Source: Squalus acanthias
Lineage: Eukaryota
Direction of reading: 5' to 3'
Assembly: GCA_030390025.1 (NCBI GenBank)
Contig: CM059432.1
Span: forward strand, 26,848,001-26,912,000
Length of the DNA stretch: 64,000 bases
The notes under the pieces are model-generated. The model was not told the DNA's origin, searched no databases, and worked only from the letters and a program-made list of their open reading frames with translations. This document shows, one piece after another, positions 24,897 through 36,154 of the stretch; the first letter of the stretch is position 1; every line of letters starts with the position of its first letter. Made by a program: the position numbers and the translations under genes.

Positions 24897-25820
24897 GCCT
24901 CGCCGCTGCCGCTGCTTTAATTCAGGTCCTCTCTCGGGCCACTCTTTATCCTCTCGCCGCTGCCGCTGTTTTAATTCAGGTCCTCTCTCGGGCTGCTCTT
25001 TATCCTCTCGCCGCTGCCGCTGCTTTAATTCAGGTCCGCTCTCAGGCCGCTCTTTATCCTCTCGCCGCTGCCGCTGCTTTAATTCAGGTCCGCTCTCAGG
25101 CCGCTCTTTATCCTCTCGCCGCTGCCGCTGCTTTAATTCAGGTCCGCTCTCGGGCTGCTCTTTATCCTCTCGCCGCTGCCGCTGCTTTAATTCAGGTCCT
25201 CTCTCGGGCCGCTCTTTATCCTCTCGCCACTGCCGCTGTTTTAATTCAGGTCCACTCTCGGGCCGCTCTTTATCCTCTCGCCGCTGCCGCAGTTTTAATT
25301 CAGGTCCGCTCTCGGGCCGCTCTTTATCCTCTCACCGCTGCCACTGCTTTAATTCAGGTCCGCTCTCGGGCCACTCTTTATCCTCTCACCGCTGCCACTG
25401 CTTTAATTTAGGTCCACTCTCGGGCCGCTCTTTATCCTCTCACCGCTGCCACTGCTTTAATTCAGGTCCACTCTTGGGCCGCTCTTTATCCTCTCGCCGC
25501 TGCTTTAATTCAGGTCCGCTCTCGATCCTCTCGCTGCTGCCGCTGCTTTAATTCAGGTCCACTCTCGGGCCGCTCTTTATCCTCTCGCCGCTGCCGCTGC
25601 TTTAATTCAGGTCCGTTCTCAGGCCGCTCTTTATCCTCTCGCCGCTGTCGCTGCTTTAATTCAGGTCCGTTCTCAGGCCGCTCTTTATCCTCTCGTCGCT
25701 GCCGCTGCTTTAATTCAGGTCCGTTCTCGGGCCGCTCTTTATCCTCTCGTCGCTGCCGCTGCTTTAATTCAGGTCCACTCTCGGACCGCTCTTTGTCCTC
25801 TCACCGCTGCCGCTGCTTTC
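24897..25820. repeat. 54-bp minisatellite, ~17 copies, at the CR1 5' end
   Basis: Unit cctctcgccgctgccgctgctttaattcaggtccgctctcgggccgctctttat; produces the 18-aa periodicity in ORFs 24853 and 24875. Confidence 0.95.
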
Positions 25821-27402
25821 AATGATTTAAGTGTACAAGAGGATGCAACGAGTCTGGACTTCAACACAAGATTCTGGGAAGAGGGAAGAATGTGTAAGAA
25901 GGCTGTTTTGGAGTTTAGGAGGAACAAGAGAGAAGAGCTCAAAGGAGCAATGATTAAAATAATAATGATAAAATAGAGATGAGAAACTGGAAATGTTGTG
26001 ATGCAGAGAGGGAGACTGTAGCCTAGAGGTGAAAGAAGATGATGAGCTTTTTCTTTTTATCCTGTTTCGGAGTGTGAGGGAGGAATGCTGTGCTGTTCTG
26101 AATCATCTAATTATTCAAAACAAAGTATATTGTGGAGACTGCAGCAGACTCTCCCTCACAAGATATGTCATTGCCCTTCCAAACAAGCTGTTTCAGAAGA
26201 AGCTTGGACCCTACATAAAGGACATGACCTGGATTTTGGACGAACAAACCATTTTTTTCCTCTGGATTCCCTAATTAAGTATGTCAGGGCTGATTCTAAC
26301 CCCACCCCTCCGCCCGGTGGGGAGGTAAGATGGCAGAGGCGGGTGAAGGTCGCACCACATTTATAAAGCATTTTCGCCCCTCACCATTTTTACTTACCTG
26401 AATTCAGACACAGGAAGGCCGCCCGCCCTAGAGGAGCGGGGCATAATTTAAATGGCAGTGTCGTGTCCCAATGCCATTTTAGCAGGCTCGACTAAGGCCC
26501 GCATGGTCTTCAGCCCAACAGAAGAAGCTGGCTGCAACAAGGATTCAGGCAACAGGAGGTCCAGGAGTGCTCCTCCTGGTCACACAAGAATGACTTGGGC
26601 CTAGGGTTGTGAACTCTGGTTGGGTGTATTCCTGGAGGTTTCATTACATGACCTTCTACCTTGAACCACCTCGTACCCCACACTCCCACCATTGGCCGAT
26701 CCTCTAGGCGCACTGCCTTCCCACGGCAATAGGAAAGGGAACAGATACTTTGTTATCCAATTGGATTCATCTGACTGTTAGTGACACAATCTTATTCCCC
26801 CATCTTTCATATTTTTATAACTTATAAATGAATTATGGATTAGAAATTGGACTGAAATAACAACATTCGAGCTTCTGCACATAGTTTTAAGATGTTCTTT
26901 GCACTTTTTAATTTGCACTATGGGTAGGTAGAGACTTTTAATCACCATTCTCACTGATGATGTGTTTTTCTTCCCCCATCTTTCATATTTTTATAACTAA
27001 TAAATGAAAGTGTTCAAAGAAAATGAAAAAAAAAATACAATTTTGTTTAACGCCCCTATTTTCTCCTGCAGCAGTATCCTGGAGATTAATCTTCAATTCC
27101 TGGAGATTCCAGGACAGTCCTGGAGTGTGACAACTCTACTTGGGCCTCCATCTGCTTTATATATCGAGTTGCTTCCCCCTCCCTCGATCACAGACTTTCC
27201 GATGCCCCCCCAAATCTGTACTTACCTTGCCAGGGACCGTTTCCATGGGGCCCCGGCAGTAGCCTGACAACCACACCAATTTCGACCAGCGGTGACGTCA
27301 TTCCCACCGGCTTTGGGCGGAAGTCAGAAATGAGGCTCGGGAGTTGTAGCCAGGAATGTTGAGTTGCCAAACCTCTGCTTGTTTGAGCCAGGTCTCTGTT
27401 AT

Positions 27403-27935
27403 TGAAATAAAAACAGAAAATGCTGGAAATACTCAGCAGTTCAGGCAGCATCTGTGGAGAGAGAAACAGAGTTAATGTTTTAGGTTGATGACCTTTTGTC
27501 CGAACTGGAAAAAGTTAGAGATGTAACAGATTTTAAGCAAGTGCAGGGGCAGGGAAAGGAGGAATGAACAAAAGGGAAGGTTTGTGATAGGGTGAAAGGC
27601 AGGAGTGATTAAATGACAAAAGGTATGATAGTACAAAGCAAAAGGAGATGGTAATGGGATAAGTAAAGAAACAAAAGATAAGTCTAGAAGAGGTGTAAAT
27701 GGGAATGGCAGAATCATCAACAGCTGCCATGTGAAAAAACAGGGGCAGAGGTTATGGTCTGATGTTTTTGAACTTGATGTTGAGTCCAGAAGGCTATAAA
27801 GTGCCTAATAGAAAGATGCTTACGTTGAGCTTCGTTGGAACAGTGTAAGAGGCGAAACACTGTTTGTTGGAACAGTGTAAGAGGTCAGAGTGGGAGTGGA
27901 GCGGAGAATTAAAGTGACAAGCGACGGAAGCTCGG
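27403..27935 (-). mobile_element. Penelope-like element 3' end: GIY-YIG endonuclease C-terminus and pLTR with a decayed hammerhead
   Basis: Minus frame VACHFNSPLHSHSDLLHCSN and RLGTL/SGLNI-like remnants, followed by a pLTR matching 6974-7073. Confidence 0.8.
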
Positions 27936-27974
27936 AATGTTATTGACACTATATCACTAGTATCTATTATTGAC

Positions 27975-28190
27975 ACTATATCACAATCCCATGTGGTTAC
28001 TTGTGCCTGCAGCTCACCAGCCTTATTTATCACGCTCCATGCATTTATGCACATGCACTCCAAACCCACCTTATTCTGCTTTGCATTTCTCCCCTGTTTG
28101 TTCCTCTCCTATTTTTGAACTGCTCTTTATTCTAATGCTATTTGTCTCCCCCAGTCCTCTGTGCACCTTATCTTGCCTCTCTAATACTTC
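27975..28190 (-). mobile_element. CR1 ORF2 start (APE) fragment
   Basis: GLECMCINAWSVINKAGELQAQVTTWDCDIVSI. Confidence 0.7.
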
Positions 28191-28199
28191 ATCCTTTAA

Positions 28200-28620
28200 T
28201 GAATTAACATGTTTAACCCCGCCTCCCAATCAACCCCTCCCCTCACTCACTGACAGCTTGGATGGTTTCATTGATCCATCAATCCAGAAATGGAACTCGC
28301 CCTTCTTCCACCTTGATTGGCTGGCACTGAGAACGGCGTGTGAGATTATTGGGTAACTCAGATGTCGATCATAAAGGAAGGCGGTACGCTGACGTCATTG
28401 GAATGCCACTCGTCCGCCACTCGCTCTTTGTACGGCCAGTCAATCAAGACCTAGACTCCGCCTTTCTTCCACACCGATTGGCGGAGAGCGAGTGCGGCTG
28501 TGCCGTCAGATTGGGTCAGAGCCGCGTCAATTTGAAAGGAGGCGGGAGGGCAACGCGGACTGGGAAAGCGGCGCGCCGTTCGATTGGCTAATTGAGCTGT
28601 CAGTGGGCGGGGTGTTGTGG
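28200..28620 (+). promoter_or_regulatory. CpG-island promoter with NF-Y, CRE, CDE/CHR and E2F-like sites
   Basis: CCAAT/ATTGG at 28226, 28316, 28397, 28477, 28510 and 28583; TGACGTCA 28390; GCCGCG-tcaa-TTTGAA 28521-28536; GGCGGGA 28541; GC box 28604; CpG-rich non-repeat DNA. Confidence 0.8.
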
Positions 28621-28939
28621 GAGTGACGGTTGGGGCCTAGGTGATATTTTTGTTGTGAGGGGAAACAGTAGTTGGGAAGAGAAAAAAAAAACACTGGTGG
28701 GAAAAGGTCAAACGAAAGACGGAGGCGAAGCGGAGACAGATGGACGGGGGCCGGACAACCGGGAGCGTAAAAAAAATAATTACAGCATTTTATATATATT
28801 TAAAAAATGACAGTGTTTGCTCGCGGAGCCGGTGTGTGTGAGGCAGGGAGGGAGCGTTCGGTTGGCTTACGCCGGGCCGGGCGGCAGCTGCAGGCCGCTT
28901 CTTTCGCAGGGCCCTTCGTTAGGGACCGAGCGTGTTTCG
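28600..28939 (+). other. probable non-coding first exon of an unidentified host gene
   Basis: Directly follows the promoter and ends at the donor tttcg|gtgagc; downstream DNA is T-rich and intron-like. TSS position is approximate. Confidence 0.5.
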
Positions 28940-30449
28940 GTGAGCCCAGTGCTTGTGGGCATCGCTTTAACTGACAACCATTTGTGAGGGGTGAAGAATC
29001 TGCGAAATTTTTCATCTAAAAATATTCCAGTATCTTCTGATGTCTATCAATTTTATATATTTAATTCTACCTAGATTTAAATTATCCGCGCTTGAATAAA
29101 CAGCAATAATTAAGTTTTTTCCTAAATATTTTAACACAAGTTTAATTTTTTTAATGCCAGTAATTCAGACTGCTTATGGAGTCGATGCCAAGATTTGTCT
29201 ACCTCTATTTATGTTCTATGAAGAAATATAAATATTATAATTTTTTGAGTGTGCTTCTAGCATTTGTTTTTTTTCCCACCCTAAAAGTATTTTTTATGCT
29301 TCAAGGGAGGGCTTGTTTTTCATTTGGATTTAACATTAATTTGTGATCCTATTTGGCTGAGAAGTGTCAACTGCTTGGCAATTGCAGAGATTTCATATGA
29401 AGTGTCCTCTCATCCACAATTTTTTTAAAATATATCCTTTTTTCCTCTCTTTTCCCTTCCCATTGAGGCATGGGTCAGGCTGCATTTTGATTTTGAATGG
29501 CTGATTGTTCATCATGTCTGTAAATGTTGAATCTGTCTTGAGTAACATTGTATATTGGCATCATTGTGTTTTGCATAGGTTGATGGTTTGAGTTTGTAAA
29601 AAATATATATCACACACTAACTGATTTCCCATGACATTACTCTTGGGTGGTCTTGATTCTAGAATGTGCTTTATTAGGTGCTGTCCCTTTAGGAATGCTA
29701 TTCAGCTGCTGCCTGTAGGGAAGTGGTCCAAACGGGCACATCCTGAGGTCAACTGGAGACTAGGAAGATTCTTATATTGCTAGTTGCTTGGTGGTTTTTC
29801 TTGGGTAGGCCAGTGGCTTACCCATCAGGAAATGATTGGTGTTCTTTCCCTTTAGACTTTAGGTTCAGTTATGATTTGTTTTTGATTTAAGTGTGTTAAT
29901 AGCACTAGCTGCAAGACATGCATGTGTTACTTGTTGCAATTTGGATGATTTACTTTACTGTTTTATAAGGACAAGACTCTTTTGCTGCTAAGGTGGAGCT
30001 CTGTCTGTAAGGCCACACTTTGGAGACTGGAAAGTGCTTGTAATATTTAGGCTTCAAGTCTGTTTAGGCTGTTACACATTTGGAAGAGAACATTAGATCA
30101 CTAGCAGTCTCTTCTGTTTTCACTGTATTTGCATGAAGAAGTTGCGTGACCTGCTAACCTGGTGGGAAAGAAAATTATCTTTGGCGCATAGAGAATGGAT
30201 ATTACGCATTGAGATTTAATTAGATTTTTAATCATATGTTCAAATTAAGTTTGTGAGCTAATGCATGTGTTACTATATTCAAGATCTTTGGTAATGATCT
30301 AGTTTTGGGTTTTCCTATTTGTCGTAAATCCCAACCATTTGAATAGTCATAGAACTCCTCAGTAGAAAAGAAGAGTGTTGCATGTTGAGTTCTTCATACT
30401 TCAGAAACAAAGTTTTTTTTTAGCTTTCAGGAAAGTACCTTAATCCCTG

Positions 30450-30742
30450 ATGAGAAGTTGCACAACACCAGGTTATAGTCCAACAGATTTATTTAAAATT
30501 ACAAGCTTTCGGAGCTGTTGCCCCTTCGTCAGGTAAAGGTACAGTGAGGGAATCTACAATATTACACAGTGTAATATTTTATATACTGTGTAATATTGTA
30601 GATTCCCTCACTGTACCTTTACCTGATGAAGGGGCAACAGCTCCGAAAGCTTGTAATTTTAAATAAATCTGTTGGACTATAACCTGGTGTTGTGCGACTT
30701 CTCATTTTTGTCCACCCCAGTCCAACACCGGCATCTCCGCAT
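30450..30742 (+). mobile_element. foldback Penelope pLTR mini-element (family N) with hammerhead motifs on both strands and a 14-bp TSD
   Basis: Arms 30450-30570 and 30585-30705 are inverted with 2 mismatches; CTGATGA(30623)...GAAAGCTT; TSD cttaatccctgatg at 30439-30452 and 30743-30756. Confidence 0.9.
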
Positions 30743-30762
30743 CTTAATCCCTGATGTCCTAG

Positions 30763-31152
30763 GTGTCAGCCTTAGCTCAATGGCAGCACATTCACCTGAG
30801 TTAGAAGGGTTCAATCCCCACTCCAGTGACTTAAGTGCATAATCTGGGCTGACACTTCAGTGCAGTATTGAGAGTGCGCTGCACTGTCGGAGGTGCCATC
30901 TTTTGGATGAGAAGTTAAACCGAGGTCTTGTTTTCCCTCTCGGGTGGACGCAAGAGATCCTACAGCACTATTCGAAAGACCAGGGCAGTTCTCCTGGTAT
31001 CCTGACCAATATTTATTCCTCAACCAACATCATTAAAAAATAGTTTAATAGGTTATGTATCTTATTGCTGCTTGTGGGACTTTACTGTGTGCAAATTGTT
31101 TCCCTATATGACAATGGTGACTATACTTCAAAAGTAATGCATTGACTGTGAA
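30763..31152 (+). mobile_element. Deu-domain SINE (SacSINE1/AmnSINE1-like)
   Basis: tRNA-like head (tagctcaatgg, ggttcaatccc) and Deu-like core gctgcactgtcggaggtgcc...ggatgagaagttaaaccgagg...ccaatatttattcctcaaccaacatc. Confidence 0.85.
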
Positions 31153-31738
31153 CGGAGCTATATTTTTAGGCACAAGATCTTCCTCCCTCCATTTGGAAAA
31201 ATATATATTTTTAATGCCTGCCAGTTGCCGGCTGAGTCTTCAGGGGATCCTTGGAAAAATAATGTTGATGCTAAACCATCATTGTTAATGACAATGGTTA
31301 ACCTTGATGTATAATAAATCTGCCACTTTTTTTTAAGGGGGGGAATTTATGTCCAGCCTTTCTTTTACAATGTGTGCTATGGTTGGATTTTCCTGTGAGT
31401 GGTAGCTTGACTGCATTTTTTTTTTCCCCTTCACTGATTGTTTTGAATTTACTGTATTAATGTGTTTTCTTCAGATAGATGTTTGTAACTTACCTAACGG
31501 CCAGTTAGGTAAAGAGCGTGCCAAGTTTATGCAAGGAAGTATTTTTTAAATCCAAAGAGTGATCCATAACTTGAACAGGTTGGAAGGAAGAGTGGTTAAG
31601 ATATTGGTCTCCTTTAAGTCAGATGCTAAAGAAAGCAGGGTTGATGAGCACAGAGAAGGCCACTAGTATAAAAAACAACCTAATGTGATGCCTATCTTCC
31701 AAAAAAAAAGGAACAGAGCCAACCCTAGTAACTACATT

Positions 31739-32441
31739 GGCCCGGATTTTGCGGTGGTAATGACAGCGAAACTATCAGCCTTTGCCGTCATTACTGCTCT
31801 GAAAATAATCAACACAGAAATCCAGAAGCTGCTGTCAGTCATTCCTGCTCCTCCACAAGTTGCACTGTGGAACACCCCTGATGAAAACTTCCCCTATTAT
31901 GCTAGAATATTGCTGTTAAACTCCACCCCGCCCCCAACCCCTCCAAAAAAAAAGTTAGCCTTGTTGAAAGAGGTGTAACTGGGTTTTTAATGGCGTGTTG
32001 ACTGGTGAACAACCATTCTGGCCCTGAAAAACTAATTTTATATTTGTGCAATGTCAATTTTTCATTTAATATGATGAACATTACATGGCTTTTAATAATT
32101 AAAAACAAAGTTTATGATCTTTCAACCTCTATCTTAATCCTATGTGTATGTCCCAATCTTTATTTTTATCTCTGCAACATTTATAAAAAAGTAAATTAGA
32201 ATCTGTGCATTTTACTTCCTGGTTTGTTGTCTGAGAATTCTTCAGTGTGCTTGGCTGTTTCGTCTGCTTGATGACATCACTGTTGCTGGATGCTGGAGAT
32301 TTGCTTGATTTGGCCCCAGATTCAAACTGGCGTTGGGAGAGCTGAAATTCGCGCCACAGAGATTGCTAGATCTTTGTAGGCAGCTTTCTTCGAGGTCAGC
32401 GGCGAGCACCGTCGCTTCGCTGCTGACCGCAAATTCCAGTC
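31739..32441. mobile_element. Harbinger-type MITE, TSD ATT, inserted in a CR1 RT fragment
   Basis: TIRs GGCCCGGATTTTGCGGT / ACCGCAAATTCCAGTC; att at 31736-31738 and 32442-32444; flanks read NVMPIFQK..NPSNY / S...TGKKME. Confidence 0.8.
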
Positions 32442-32529
32442 ATTTAGCTTTGCAGCAACAACTGGAAAAAAAAATGGAAATGATTGTAAGGAGCAAATAA
32501 ATCTGTGAAAATAAACCCTATTAGATTGT

Positions 32530-33400
32530 GGAGCCTGAAATTCTGCTGGGGGTGCAGCAGCAGCATAAGGCAATTGACCCAGTACATTCCGAATTTCTGG
32601 TGTGGGGATGGAAACTCACGGGTTTTCTGAGGACGTTGCGTATTGCTGGTGTTCTCCCAGTGTGGTTGAATCATGCACTGCTAGCTTGAAGGCGGGGGTG
32701 GTATTTCCTGGGCTTGAGCAGAAATATGGAAATGCTGACACTTGCACTTTCTGTTGGTTGGGAATTGTTTCCTTTTGTTTGTAGCCAGGAGTCTCCCAGT
32801 TCCCAAGAGGAGAGAATACAGCTCCCTTTACTGAGACAGCCCTGGAGGTAATGACAAGGAGGCTTGCCATTTTTGGCTGCCTGGGGAACCTGCCTCAGAA
32901 AACAGCAGTTATGGCTGCCTGGGAGGAAGTGGCAGAACAGGTGAATGCAGTCTCTACAGTAAAGAGGTCAGCATCCCAGATGAGGAAAAAGATTTTTGAT
33001 AGGGTAAATGATTGCTGTTCTTGTCTGCAATGGCATGCCTGCAGCGGGCACAGACATTCCCCTCAATCAGCTGTGTATTCATAAGTTGCTTTTGTATCTT
33101 TACAGACCCGTAGGCTTTCTTTCATACTAATACAAAGCAACCCATATTCATGATCAACACTTTTCATCTTCACTGCAAACTCCTGACTGGGAGCATGAAA
33201 TACCCCCACTGTTCCCAATACCCACTTGCATGTTGCATTATGTTGCACTCGCTTTGGGAAGGACAGAAGTCAATTACATAGCTATGGCACGGCTCAAGCA
33301 ACAGTCATCAGTTCATTCATCTCCATGATTGCAGAACAAGGAGGTCCATAATAGACAATGGCAAGTGCAGGTAACAGTAGGGCCAGTCCGATGCTACTCT
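32530..33400 (+). mobile_element. third Harbinger Myb/SANT gene relic
   Basis: APFTETALEV...AAWEEVAEQVNAVSTVKRSASQMRKK, then an intron-like stretch, then ttgcag|NKEVHNR. Confidence 0.7.
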
Positions 33401-33574
33401 CAGATGCTGAGTTCCATAATTAGTTTAGAACCTGCCTACAAAAAAGACTGTTTTCTGGCCGCCATCAATTCATTGAGTTCTTTAAGAGTGTGCAAAGGAC
33501 CCTGCAAAGTCGAGTGGCGAATACGGAAGAGTATCTTCTTGTATTTGTGCAGTATTGTTTGACTGCTTTGCAGA

Positions 33575-33990
33575 ATTATAGTCCATTCTGGAGTGTGGCA
33601 CCTCCCAGAAGCATCCCTGGAATATAGAAGGCCAAAGGGTGATTTGTTTGATGTTTTAAAAATGTTGACAAGAATTGATAGGGTAGATTTTTTTCTGCTG
33701 GCGGAGGAAGTCTAGAACAAGGGGACATCGGAGCCAAACCATTCATGAGAGAAGTTAGGAAACACTTCTTCACACACAGTGGTATGAGTGTGGAACTCTC
33801 TCAAAAAGCTGTAGATGCTAGCTCAATTAATAATTTTAAATCTGAGATTGATAGATTTTTGTTAGCTATGGGTATTCAGGGATATGGAGCCAAGGCGGGT
33901 GGATGGAGTTAGGATACAGATCAGCCATGATCTCATTGAATGGTGGAACAGGCTCGAGGAGCTGAATGGCATACTCCTGTTCCAATTTTC
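33575..33990 (+). mobile_element. CR1 3' fragment (degenerate)
   Basis: gaagttaggaaacacttcttcacacac...gatcagccatgatctcattgaatgg. Confidence 0.75.
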
Positions 33991-34213
33991 CTATTGGAGT
34001 GACGTCCAGCTAGATAATGAGTGCAGTGCCACAGAGATTGATGTTGGATCTCCTACTGTTCCTAATCTATCTAAACAATCTGGATTCAGAAACAAATATG
34101 GGCAGATTTGCAGATGCTTGGCTGTGTGAGAGAGGGGCTTTACCAAGGCAGCAAATGAACTACAGAAGAACTTGGACAGCATTTACAGGTGAACAGAACA
34201 ATAGTAGATGAGC

Positions 34214-34403
34214 AACAGAAAACGCTGGAAAAACTCAGCAGGCCAGACAACATCCGTGGAGAGAGAAAGAGAGCTAACATTTGTTTCGACCTGAAACGTT
34301 AGCTCTCTTTCTCTCTCCACGGATGTTGTCTGGCCTGCTGAGTTTTTCCAGCGTTTTCTGTTGTTGTTTTGGATTTCCAGCATCCGCAGTATTTTGCTAT
34401 CGT
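34214..34403 (+). mobile_element. foldback Penelope pLTR mini-element (family P) with a 14-bp TSD
   Basis: Arms 34213-34282 and 34294-34363 are inverted with 1 mismatch; the centre retains gacctGAAACGTT; TSD aatagtagatgagc at 34200-34213 and 34404-34417. Confidence 0.9.
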
Positions 34404-34434
34404 AATAGTAGATGAGCTTTCAGGGGACCCCATG

Positions 34435-36152
34435 AAGTCATAGTTATACAGCACGGATAGAGGTCCTTCGGCCCATCGTGTCCGCGCCGGCCATCAAGCC
34501 CTGTCTAATCTAATCCCATATTCCAGCATTTGGTCCGTAGCCTTGTATGCTATGGCATTTCAAGTGCTCATCCAAATGCTTCTTGAATGTTGAGGGTTCC
34601 TGCCTCCACAACCCTTTCAGGCAGTGAGTTCCAGACTCCAACCACCCTCTGGGTGAAAAAGTTCTTTCTCAAATAATTTCTAAACCTCCCGCCCTTTACC
34701 TTGAATCTATGCCCCCTTGTTATAGACCCCTCTACTAAGGGAAAAAGCTCCTTAGTATCCATCCTATCTATGCCCCTCATAATTTTGTACACCTCAATCA
34801 TGTCCCCCCTCAGCCTCCTCTGCTCCAAGGAAAACAAACCCAATCTGCCCAGTCTCTCTTCATAGCTGAAGCACTCCAGCCCGGGTAACATTCTGGTGAA
34901 TCTCCTCTGCACCCTCTCCAAAGCGATCACATCCTGTAGTGTGGCGACCAGAACTGCACACAGTATTCCAGATGTGGCCTAACCAGTGTTTTATACAGCT
35001 CCACCATAACCTCCTTGCTCTTATATTCTATGCCTCGGCTAATGATGCAAATATCCCATATGCCTTTTTTACCACCTTATCCACCTGTTCCGCCGCCTTC
35101 AGGGATCTGTGTACTTGCACACCAAGATCCCTCTGACCTAGGGTCTTACCATTCATTGTGTATTCCCTTGCCTTGTTAGTCCCTCCAAAGTGCATCACCT
35201 CGCACTTTTCCGGATTAAATTCCATTTGCCACTGTTCCGCCCATCTGACCAACCCATCTATATCGTCCTGCAGACTGAGGCTACCCTCCTCGCTATTTAC
35301 CACCCTACCAATTTTTGTATCATCCGCGCACATACCTTTTACATTCATATCCAAGTCGTTAATGTAGACCACAAACAGCAAGGGACCCAGCACCGATCCC
35401 TGTGGTACCCCACTGGCCACAGTCTTCCAGTCACAAAAACAACCTTCGACCATCACCCTCTGCCTTCTGCCACTGAGCCAGTTTTGTATCCAATGTGCCA
35501 AGGCACCCTGGATTCCATGGGCTCTTACCTTCTTGACCAGTCTCCTGTGCGGGACTTTATCGAAGGCCTTACTGAAATCCATGTATACCACATCCACTGC
35601 GTTACCCTCATCCACACACCTAGTCACCCCCTCAAAAAATTCAATCAAATTAGTCAGACATGATCTTCCCTTGACAAAGCCATGTTGGCTAACCCTGATT
35701 AATCCTTGCCTCTCCAAGTGGAGACTAATTTTGTCCCTCAGAATTTTTTCCAATAATTTTCCTACCACTGATGTTAGGCTCACTGGCCTGTAGTTCCCCG
35801 GTTTTTCCCTACTCCCTTTCTTGAATAATGGTACTACATTAGCGGTTCTCCAGTCCTCTGGCACATCCCCTGTGGCCAGAGAGGTTCTGAATATATGTGT
35901 TAGAGCCCCCGCAATCTCCTCATTTGCCTCACACAGCAGCCTGGGATACATTTCGTCCGGACCTGGGGATTTATCCATTTTTAGACCTGCTAAAACCGCC
36001 AATACCTCCTCCCTCTCGATGTTAAAATGTTCGAGTATATCACAGTCCCCCTGCCCTAATTTTATGTCTGCATCGTCCTTCTCCATAGTGAAAACAGATG
36101 CAAAAAATTCATTTAGAACGCCACCGACCTCTTCCGGCTCCACACACAGATT
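34435..36152 (-). mobile_element. CR1 LINE (HER1-like 3' end), RT region
   Basis: ORF 35028-36143 (371 aa; [29 protein letters not shown]) and ORF 34568-34930. Confidence 0.95.
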
Positions 36153-36154
36153 GC

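Larger units (their letters stand above)
22790..25820 (-). mobile_element. CR1 LINE 5' part: tandem-repeat 5' UTR, ORF1 (Zn finger, Leu zipper, esterase) and start of ORF2 (APE)
   Basis: ATG at 24639: MTGQVVCHNCRM...ICSKCLQLEELRLRVVELE; esterase motif FRQDGLHLN; APE motifs LYLNARSIRNK, IAITETWL, RKDRQNGKGGG (ORF 22927-23226). Confidence 0.9.

Noticed and set aside
24853..25820. CRISPR-like array or repetitive Cys/Ala-rich proteins (ORFs 24853-25551 and 24875-25411)
   Set aside because: Contiguous 54-bp tandem units with no unique spacers; the ORFs arise because the unit length is a multiple of 3; eukaryotic LINE 5' UTR context
30763..30830. tRNA gene (also 57940-58025)
   Set aside because: A/B boxes belong to SINE or LINE heads; no complete cloverleaf
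35028..36143. Functional reverse transcriptase gene (also 9260-10198)
   Set aside because: 5'-truncated CR1 copies with deletions and frameshifts and no endonuclease domain
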